Origin: Paraspadella gotoi
Lineage: Eukaryota > Animalia > Chaetognatha
Direction: 5' to 3'
Length of the DNA: 64,000 nucleotides
Assembly (NCBI GenBank): GCA_051294375.1
Contig: CM119264.1
Coordinates: 17,000,278 to 17,064,277 of the forward strand
Shown here in pieces: positions 54,801 to 64,000 of the stretch (position 1 is its first letter; every line of letters begins with the position of its first letter). The notes under the pieces are model-generated. The model had not been told where the DNA came from and made no database searches. It saw only the letters and a program-made list of their open reading frames with translations. The position numbers and the translations under genes were made by a program.

Positions 54801-57249
54801 ACACGTCCCAAAACGTTTGAAAAAATTTAATTCCCTCCTTCGCCCTTTGTCCACCGGTAATATCTTCCGCCTCCTTTTCTTTCCATTTTCCCAGATTTGC
54901 TTTCCGTTTTATCCGTACTCTTTTTCCTTTTTCGTTATTTCGTCAATGCCACATACCTACGCACGAACTTTACTAAAAGCATCTCTCTCCTCTCTCTCTC
55001 CTTTCGCCCCATCGAGTTTCACCAATCACCCTTTTCTTATCTCTCTTCCTCCATATCCGGTATCCAATCTTTATAGCCCCTAATTTTCGGTCACATTCTG
55101 GTTAGCGTAATATCGACGGATCGATAGCACGATCTGCCGGCCTCGTCCGCGGCTTCTGCCCGCCCCCCTCTTCCGACGCCAAGCCGGCGCCGCTAGCCGA
55201 TATTCTCTCGCGAAAGGGGCGCGCAATTGACGATAACGCTCCTCTGTGCGCGCGCTGTTATGTTAGTCGGGAACGCGTGCACGCCGGCACCCAAAGAGCA
55301 GCCGATCGAAAGTAGGGTAAAAGAACGAAGGGCACGACGCCCAGCGGTGATTGACTCAAAGGGTGAATGAGGGTGACCAGTGAACAAGAGTTCTAAAAGG
55401 AGGGGATTTTTTTTGTGGCTGGATAGAAGAAGTTCTGTTTTGATAAAACCATCAATGTTCGAGAGTGAATCCTATAAAATCTGAAATGAAGAAAGAAGGA
55501 GAGTGAAATTTGATTTCAAGGAGATCATCCTTAAAGTTGAGAGGATCGTCCGGAGTGAGGCAGTATCTCCTCATTCGTTGGCATCTACAAGTATGAAATC
55601 GGTACAATTTAATACGATGTATAAGCTATCTTGCCAATGAACGGGCTATGGTGGGTTAGGAGGACCCTGTGAGCATATTTAAAGACAATGAAAGTGATAC
55701 ATTAGGAAAGTGCGATAGCGAGCTTTTTAAACGAAATATTTAAATCGGATTAGCTCCCTTCATAAGGTTAGAAAAAATATATATTTATTCGCGTTTCTTA
55801 TTTTTTTAAGTCCAACTTATAAGTAACTTGAAAATATGTATGCAGCTGAAAAACAGAAAATCAGCTGCAAATTTATTCTGTTCTTTTAATTAAAAAAAAA
55901 ACGTTCATCAACAGTTGACTTAAAGGAAAAGAGAAAAGCGCCTCTTGGAGAGAGAAAGAAATTCAGAGACGTCCGGGTCACCGTCAACGAATCCGATCCA
56001 AAATTGGATTCCGGTTCAGTTGCTCGTCTTGAATTGGCTTTTGGTATTTTTCAGTTAAGGCTTCCGTTAATACTTGATAGTATTAACGGGTTTGAACTAT
56101 CGCATTTCAATCAATACAGTTATTTGCAAATTATTATGTATCAAGTAAGCAAAGTTTAATTTGCTTTCGGCAGTATCTGAGGCTCCGCGGCTGTTGGAAC
56201 ACTTCTTCCTAAAATTTCACCCATGGCTCCTCCTGACCCCAGTGTCTCGCTTCACCCCAAAAGCTCATTGTCTCTCTCGCCCCTTCGATTTAGAATGACC
56301 GCTTGAGGTCGTTTCCAACTCAGATTCCGATGTCTCCTTCGATGGCGCTTTTTTTTTTTTTTTTAGGAGTTCGCCTATTTGCGGGTTTGGGGAGAGCTCG
56401 CCGAAGGGAAAAAGCGTTATGGGATATTGGACGACGCTTGCGATTTACGGTCAAAGATGCAAAGCGATAAAAAGACTCAGATTTCGTCTTCGGTCAAAGG
56501 AAATTCGGGAAAGGTCGCTCTTTCTCGCGGGTCAGTCCCACTCTGCCGTGACGGTCGCCGGGTCGCAAGCGGATGCGTCGGTCGCGTTGTGCCTGGCGTT
56601 GATGTCTTCCTTCTTGGCGATAAAAAGTCGCAGCTGTTAGCTTATTATTTGCAGCGGGCTTTATCGTCTTCAAAGTTTTAGCGCCTTGTTTATTGTCGAC
56701 CATTCATCCTAACGTCAACTGCCGTCGCGGTCTTTCAGTGGCTCAGCTTGTTCTTTATTATCCAGCACCTCCCGAGGTTTCCCCGTCTAATTTTTCTTCG
56801 CCATCTCTCCGAGTCGAATCACGATACATCGCTTCTTACGTCTCTTTTCTTTTATTATCGTCAATGTCATGTAATGATAGGTAAACCGCGCCGAGAAAAA
56901 AAAAAAAAAGGTTGTCTACTCTCGCGACGGCCTTGAACCTTCGGCGATATAATTCCCGCCATTCAGCTAATTCCCTCGCAGTTGCGTCGTTATCGAATCT
57001 TTTTCTCCTTTTACTGTTTGCCAATTCTCTTCTTATTGCCATCCAATCCCAGCGTTTTTATCGCTGGCGGTCGTTCAGTTTTATCATTCCTGCCTCGTCT
57101 TCGTTGCAATAGCGATGTTCGATATTCAGATCCGGAGGTTTTATACGTCAGTTGCAGAATTACCTTATGGGTTTTAAAAATATTTAAAAAGGGCTAAAAT
57201 TTTAAATAGAAGTTAGAGAGAGCAAAGAATTTTGATTTTTAACAACGGA

Positions 57250-57320
57250 TTTTTATTAGTAGTTGGACATGTTTCGGCTTGCTTATTTCAAGCCTTCACA
57301 GCATATGACATTCAATAATA
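57250..57320 (-). ncRNA. Inverted hammerhead copy with core defect
   Basis: Minus strand reads ..tatg CTG-TGA aggcttg aaataag caagcc GAAA catgtc caac. One A of CUGAUGA is missing (mutation or read error). Confidence 0.55.
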
Positions 57321-57399
57321 AATTTTGTGTTAAAGAAGAGTGTGAGAGAGAGAAGAGAGGAGAGAGAGAGAGAGAGAGTGAGAGAGGGTAAACTTCAGT

Positions 57400-57790
57400 G
57401 ACGGCCCGCGGCTCCCTATCGTGAGCAATTGGTGAAACGAAAGATAATCCCAGACCGAAAACATCAGGAGCCGTCTACTGGCGGCCTGTGCAGGGGTGGG
57501 CACCAATCCTGTGCAGCATCATGGGGAGAGACAGGAAAGTCTCTGACAGATCGATTCCAACAACACAAAAACCTTACCGTGACGCCGGGTCACTATTTGT
57601 CCGCAATTGCTGAACATTCACAGGCCATCTGTTCAGGGAATCAGACTGTCTCGTGCTGTCCCATGACCCGAACTGGTTCTCAAGAGGTATTAGAGAGGCA
57701 ATTTACATCAAAGCCCTCGAGCCCTCTTTGAACCGTGATGGAGGAGATTCGATCTCCTCCAAGCTATGATTCGCTTATCAAAAGCGTGGT
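57400..57790 (+). pseudogene. PLE GIY-YIG endonuclease (C-terminal ORF fragment, frameshifted)
   Basis: REQLVK..KD; SGAVY (57464-57478); GETGKSLTDRFQQHK..SAIAEH (57525-57617); HDPNWFSRGIREAIYIKALEPSLNRDGG (57662-57745); PPSYDSLI. These are typical Penelope/Poseidon-type endonuclease motifs. Confidence 0.9.
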
Positions 57791-58569
57791 GAGAGCCCCG
57801 CGCCACCACGCCCGCACAATGACTCCCCTATCTCCACTCAACGAGACAGGCGGAGACCTTGCGCAGGCAATGGGCAAACGATGCCTCTCCCTCTAATGCA
57901 GCCTCCCTCTGCGGACGAGCGTCGCCAAGCGACGGCTTCAGGAGGAGGGAGAGGAGTCCGTCACTCCTGTCACAAAAGTGGCAAGAACGGACAACCGCCC
58001 ACCTCGTCAGCAGGCGAGAAGAGGGCAGCCGGCAGGCGTATCAGGCCAAAGAGACATAAGAGTAGCCCTGGGGATCTTTCCGCAAGGATCGCTTCCCAAT
58101 CCGGCATTCATCAGTTCGGTCATACTCTCCTCTCACCACTGACACGCCAAGACCCGTCATCATCGTCCTTGTCCTTCATTTGCATAAAACAAGGGGGGCC
58201 AGCTCACTTTGAGCTCTTTCTTTCCTTGAATTTCACTTTCTTAATCTCCTAATTATCAACTAAAACTAAAAACTACTTTCTTTCATTATTCATTTTCACT
58301 TAACTATCCCTCTTAGCTAATTACTTATTTATTCACTAGTTAAATGTTAAAATTTCTCCAATGTTAGTTTTTCAAACTCCTTTATCTTTGTTGTACATTG
58401 CAAAAATGTATCTTTATTATTTATTTATCTCTGTTGTTTTGTTTCTTCTCTCTCTCTCTCTCTCTTAACAAGTTTCACTTCTTTTCACAACTCACTCAAT
58501 CTCCTCACCTTCAACCTGTCCTCACATCTGACCACTATTCTGTCTCACCACTTTGTGTGGAAAAACTTT

Positions 58570-58613
<44 letters not shown>

Positions 58614-58629
58614 TCTTCTTTAACACAAA

Positions 58630-58700
58630 TTTATTATTGAATGTCATATGCTGATGAAGGCTTGAAATAGCAAGCCGAAACATGTCCAACTACTAATAAA
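58630..58700 (+). ncRNA. Type I hammerhead ribozyme in the PLE pseudo-LTR
   Basis: CUGAUGA (58651-58657), A, stem II GGCUUG-aaauag-CAAGCC, GAAA (58677-58680), palindromic minimal stem III (ACAUGU), and GUC with predicted cleavage after 58686. Stem I is weak: 2 proximal bp plus a possible distal uuuauua/uaauaaa pairing. Confidence 0.8.
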
Positions 58701-58803
58701 AAAAATCGTTGTTAAATTCAAAATTCTTTGCTCTCTCTAATACGCAGTGAACCACGAAAAAGAAAGGATTAACGCATCATAAATAGAAGTTTAAAAGTTT
58801 TTA

Positions 58804-58995
58804 TTATTTGAGATTAAAGACGAAATCTTTTACATCAACGATTTTTATTTTAAAGGTGCATACAAGTTTCGGCTTTCATTCAAGCCTTCATGAAAGCCGA
58901 AACTTGTATGCACCTTTAAAATATAAATCGTTGATGTAAAAGATTTCGTCTTTAATCTCAAATAACCCAAACACAACGAAAGAAAGTTTAATCAC
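58804..58995 (+). mobile_element. Miniature PLE-derived hairpin element (192 bp)
   Basis: 76-bp arms 58804-58879 / 58890-58965 (1 mismatch), 10-nt loop, and a 30-nt unpaired tail 58966-58995. Flanking direct repeat aaagtttttatta at 58794-58806 and 58996-59008. Hammerhead remnant ATGAAGGCTT-GAATGA-AAGCC-GAAAC-TT-GTA on the minus strand 58891-58861. Confidence 0.8.
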
Positions 58996-59775
58996 AAAGT
59001 TTTTATTAAAATTTATCGTCTGAGGCAGTGAGCTCAAAAATGTTACAGGGACCTTACAGTTACACTGAACCGCCAAATTTTTATGATTTCATCAGTAATT
59101 CGGTAAAACTCTTGCAATACTTTGTCGCAGTAAACCGATTGTACTCCCTTTGAATTTTCGAGGTCTGGGTCGGTGGCGCGGTTCCACTCTGTTGTGTTCT
59201 CTATAATTCTGTGTAGTTGCGCGGAGTCGCGCGCGGCCAACGACGAGTTTCCGCTCGAACGACTCCATCGAATTTCAGTGGAGCCGCCATCGCTGATTCG
59301 CCGTTGAAAGACCCGCGGGGGACGAGCCAGTTTCTTTCTTTCTATCTCTCTCTCTCTCTTTCTATCTTACAAAAAAAAGTACAGTACTTAATTTACACAT
59401 TGCCAAACTCTTTATTAGCAAGATTACAATATTGTAGATACACCAATATTCACTGATGGAACGTCTACGACGGCAAGAATAAAAGGACACCAATGAGCTT
59501 GGTTAAAACAAATAAGTTACTGATAATATATAATATGGATATAATGGATAATTTTTATATTGGTTGTACCAATTTCATATGTATTCCGTAAATTAGCGCG
59601 CACGCTTATGCGTATAGAAAATCACGTAAGGACCAGAGTTAAATTCTCAAAACCAGTGGAGGCAAGAAAGATTGGAGTTAAGTTTCAAGCTCCGAAGAAA
59701 TAATCTTCCTAATTCAATAGTTGGGCTTTGGAGCTGGAGAGTAGTAACCGAGCCAAGAAGAGTGTGTGTGTGAGT

Positions 59776-59857
<82 letters not shown>

Positions 59858-60429
59858 CAGGCTAAACGAAATTAGCAGAGAAATAGAAAGTGGAGCGAGA
59901 AGACATTTGAATGTTGAAGCAACATCCTTGAAAAAGAGAGGGAATAATGAAATAGCCACGGCTCTCCAATGCGACTCCAGGAGCGCGATTCTCCCGGGCG
60001 TTGTAATGTGGGTGGGCGTTGGAACGAGAAGCGATAGGAAGAGAGAAACGGAATAAAACCGGTAAGTGGAATGGCGGTGCATTTAAATGGATGATTTACT
60101 ATCTCTTGTTATGTGTATACTTACTCGTATCAAATACGAATGTCATTTATCTACTAGCAATGTTACATTTACAATGATTTGTTTTTTTCTATTTATTGCT
60201 CAAACAAAAAAGCCCCTATAAAAGTCAAGAAGAAAAGAAGAGAAAACAAAAAAAAGTCCGTAACAAACAAGAAAGTTCTAAACTTATATAAATAGATGTT
60301 AAGAAAAAAAGATACAAAAAGATATGTCATGGAAAACCGGAGATTTTCTTCTATTTTTTTCTTAACCGAAGAAAATAATAAACAACAAATATATGAAATT
60401 GGTACAACCAATATAAAAATTATCCATTC

Positions 60430-60705
60430 ATTTAATAAATAAGCTATCTTGCCCCTGACTTTTGACAGGCTCTGGTGGTTTAAGGCCTCCATCACTCTTA
60501 CAAGATAATGACATAGCAGGTCCCTGCAAGCTTTCAATCAAGACTCTCTCACAGTCTCGTTTATTCACTCCCAGAGTACCTGATTTTTTTTAAACGACCC
60601 ATGACGTCGAGGATAGAATCTAACAGCAAGGGCCGTGGCCTGGGATAGAACCAATGACCTACAATCCGGGATTTCAGTTCTAGCGAGTTCTGCCACCGCG
60701 ACAGC
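60430..60705 (-). mobile_element. Possible decayed tRNA-derived SINE (3' fragment also at ~55608-55670)
   Basis: Minus-strand gtggcagaactcgctaga (A-box-like, ~60696-60679) and ggttctatccc (B-box-like, 60652-60642). The distal end 'ataagctatcttgcc..ac.ggct.tggtgg.tta.gg' is shared with 55621-55660. Confidence 0.4.
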
Positions 60706-61355
60706 GCTCCTAATTCCCCCTCAGCCCAACGGAGTGGCTCGCACCGGAAGAGTGGCATCAGCTTTCCTCTCGTGTCCGTCTCTTCATTCTCTCTCACTTT
60801 GATCTCCGAGAGAAGGTCAATTACTTCGTTTTCCGGTCTGGCTTTTTTCACTGCCTTTTCACACGCATGACGAATCAGAAAACATATGCAGACCCGTTTC
60901 CCCTCCCACTTTTCCACTCCGTCTCAGGCCCACTCCCGCTTTCACTCTCCTCCTAATCCTATTCCCCCCCCCCTTAATGGCGCAAAAATTGACGATGACA
61001 TCAAACTAACGAAGCCAGTTAATCTGAAAGAAAACGACTTCCATAATTCCCGCGCCCGCGACGGGATTCAAAGGGCGAAAGTCTCTCCCCTTCCTCCTCC
61101 TTCTTCGCGGATCTCCCGAACTCTCTCTCTCTCTCTCCCGAATCCGCCAAAGCTCCCAAACTCTCTTTGTCTTTATTCTCCTGCCCGTTTCCCAATCTCC
61201 AGTCACTGATCCCCCTTCCCTGTTTCCGTCCTGAACCCCGGATCTCTTACTCCCCCTTTCTTCTTCTCCTGGCTTCACTACAATTTTTCCTAATGTCTCT
61301 GCGATTCCCGTTTTTTTTTTCTTCACACTCCGTCCGGTCCGGGTTTTAGAATCTT

Positions 61356-61397
<42 letters not shown>

Positions 61398-61774
61398 GCA
61401 ATTGACATTAAAATTCCCAAGGTCAAACGCGCATCACAATGAAAGAAACTGAGTCACGTGATCGACTGACGTCATCGACCCACGAAAACCCGTCGTCATG
61501 GCGACCCGGTCTGGAAACGAGTCAAGTAGAAAAGCCAGAGAGAGAAAAGAGAGAAACGCGAAACTTTGTTTTTCGAACGCGGGAGACACAAAGCGCAATT
61601 TCCTAAGTTTTTTCTTTTTAAATGAATAATTTACGACATTGTAAGTAATTGTATCGTAAATATATATAATTTATGACGTTAGGTAATGGAATAAAAGTAA
61701 CCCAATTATAAAAGAAGGTTTTGAAAAACTAAAAGCATCAGGCGTATCTATAATTAGATTTATTATCTAGAGAC

Positions 61775-62020
61775 TAGACGGAAAATAATTTTTTTGGGTT
61801 TTTAAATCAAAAGTTTATTACAAAATAAACGAACAAGTTTCGGCTAAAGATATTTTTTAAAAGGTTTGTTACAATCCTTATTGGGCTTATCAAGTAGAAC
61901 AAATTAGCCAAAACATGTTCGTTTATTTTGTAATAAACTTTGCCGTTCATGTAAAACTAATTAAAACTTATTTTCCGTCTATTTCAAACGCACCGAACTG
62001 AGAGAAACAAACGATGTAAT
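61775..62020 (+). mobile_element. Older, degenerate PLE-derived hairpin element
   Basis: Inner arms 61810-61847 / 61904-61941 (38 bp, 2 mismatches) contain the hammerhead 3' half agcc-GAAAC-(t/a)t-GTT. Outer arms 61775-61788 / 61968-61981 (14 bp, perfect). The following 'acgcaccgaac' resembles the PLE tail 'acgcagtgaac'. No TSD identified. Confidence 0.55.
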
Positions 62021-62950
62021 GTAACTGTAATACTTAAATTTTGAATAACAAAAAAAATATAAAAATACAAAATAAAAAAGAAATAGAAAAAACAAAAAAA
62101 CCAAAACGAAAAAAATCCTCGAAAGGATTCTCCGTTTCTCTCTTCAAATTTGGCGAAATCAAGAAAAATGGAGATGATCGCTGGCAAAAAAAAGAGGGAA
62201 TCGCTCGTCGGCTAATTCCGTCGGACAATCTGCCCCCCGTCGTTTCTTTTCCGCTTCCTCTGTTCGAGAAGGCAACCGCTTCGAATCACTCGGATTACAT
62301 CACTCCTTCGACTGTGGATATCACCCTTTCACGCTCCGTGTCACCTCGTCCTCCATTTGTCATTCGAGGCAGACCCTCGCCCCTCAGTGATCGCACCTTA
62401 CCCCTCGCTCCTCATTCCTCAATGATCACCAATGGCCTCTCACGAAAATTGATTCGCCGGACCGACTTCTTCTATTGTCGATATCACGTGATTAAACAAT
62501 TCTTTTCTTCTTTTTTTTTTGGAGATAGTATCATCGAAAATTAAATGGCGCATCCTTGTTTTTTTTTTACGTACCCGTTTTCAGCAAAACCAATTTTGAG
62601 CATAAATACAATCGTATATGTTGGTTCGTATTCGGTTTCTCGTTTCTCATTTTAATCCCTCCTTTTATCTTAAAATTCATTTCGCGGCTTCCCGTATTTT
62701 TAATTCTAATCCTGTCTTTTCTCAGTCTTCCTTATTTTCTTTCCTCCCAAACTCTTTGCTCTTCACTCCTTCTCTTTCTTTTCTTCGTCTCTCCGTTTGT
62801 CTTTTGTTTTTCTTTATTTCGGTCTCCAGCGCCGATTTCCTCCCGTTCGCACGTCGCTTGCTCATTTGTTTCTCTCGAGAACAATGTCCCGATTTTTTTT
62901 TCTCTCAGCCTCTTCTTTCTTTCTCTCTTTCTTCTTTCTGTTTCTATTTC

Positions 62951-63038
<88 letters not shown>

Positions 63039-63522
63039 TCTCTTCGCCGGGCGACAATTTTTCTCTTTCTTATTGTTTTCCGGGTCTGCGCCTAGCATAT
63101 GAAGAGAATGATTTTCTATTCTTAAGTTTTCTATTTTTTTTCATCAAATTTTCTTTTTGTTTTCCGGTAATTTTAATTTATTGCAGCTGAGGATTTTCCC
63201 GCCAAGACTTGAGAGAGTGTTTTCTTCGCATACGTGCGAAGAAAATAGATTTCTAAATTTTTTTGCCAATGCCGACCGAAAATCATTGGAAAATTAGTGA
63301 TTTTTTAATGTTTTTTTTTTCTGTTTCTATCGCTGTGTAGTTAAGCTGCTAAAATCAATTTATTTTTTGTAACATGTCAATACGTCGTTAAAAGAGTTAA
63401 GAGTGATTCATGATTGGATGAATCGGAAAAAGAATTAAGGTTAATAAAAGTCGTGAAGAAAGTTCGCTGGGTTGGTGAAGCTTTATGTTCTCTCAGTTCT
63501 TAGCTCTTTTTCCATCTACATG

Positions 63523-63605
<83 letters not shown>

Positions 63606-63875
63606 CCCTCCATCTCCTACTTTATCTCATTCTCTCTCTCATTTGTCTGTCTCTCCTTTTCAATGCTATTCTTGCGTACGTTCCTGGGAAGTTAATGAAT
63701 GGCACTTAGTAATGTAAATAGCCGCCCCGAGCTAATGACTCGGACCGTCGCATACTTATGCAGTTTACTATGCCTTATGTCTGTGACTATTTTTCTTTCT
63801 ATTGGAAAAACTGATAAATCTTTTCTCTTAATGCAAGTCATTTTCCCGTATTTCATTGCTATTGCGTTTCACTCA

Positions 63876-64000
<125 letters not shown>

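Larger units (their letters stand above)
57213..58779 (+). mobile_element. Penelope-like retroelement (PLE), 5'-truncated with inverted pseudo-LTR
   Basis: 57213-~57385 is an inverted copy of ~58575-58740. A 39-nt unpaired 3' tail lies at 58741-58779. Target-site duplication taaatagaag(tt) at 57203-57214 and 58780-58791. Contains a GIY-YIG remnant and a hammerhead motif. Confidence 0.92.

Overview
Eukaryotic (most likely invertebrate animal) draft-assembly sequence: AT-rich, saturated with (AG)n/(CT)n microsatellites, and containing seven N-gaps. I could not identify any host protein-coding gene; nearly all ORFs in the track are microsatellite or low-complexity artefacts. What can be supported: (1) A ~6.75-kb tandem duplication (~877-14580) and an inverted duplication (26941-36114), each centred on a 25-N gap with indel-rich flanks, so probably gap-filling or haplotype artefacts. 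(2) A 5'-truncated Jockey/I-group-like LINE reverse transcriptase (30666-33138) present in only one arm of the inverted duplication, giving filled and empty sites side by side. (3) A Penelope-like element (57213-58779) with a GIY-YIG endonuclease remnant, inverted pseudo-LTR, unpaired 3' tail, target-site duplication and hammerhead ribozyme. (4) Two nearby tiny ORF-less hairpin elements (58804-58995, 61775-~62020) built from Penelope-type pseudo-LTR tips that fold back at the ribozyme; this is the most interesting signal. (5) Two DINE-1/HINE-like non-autonomous Helentron-type elements. (6) Decayed tRNA-derived SINE-like relics. All alignments and translations were done by eye.
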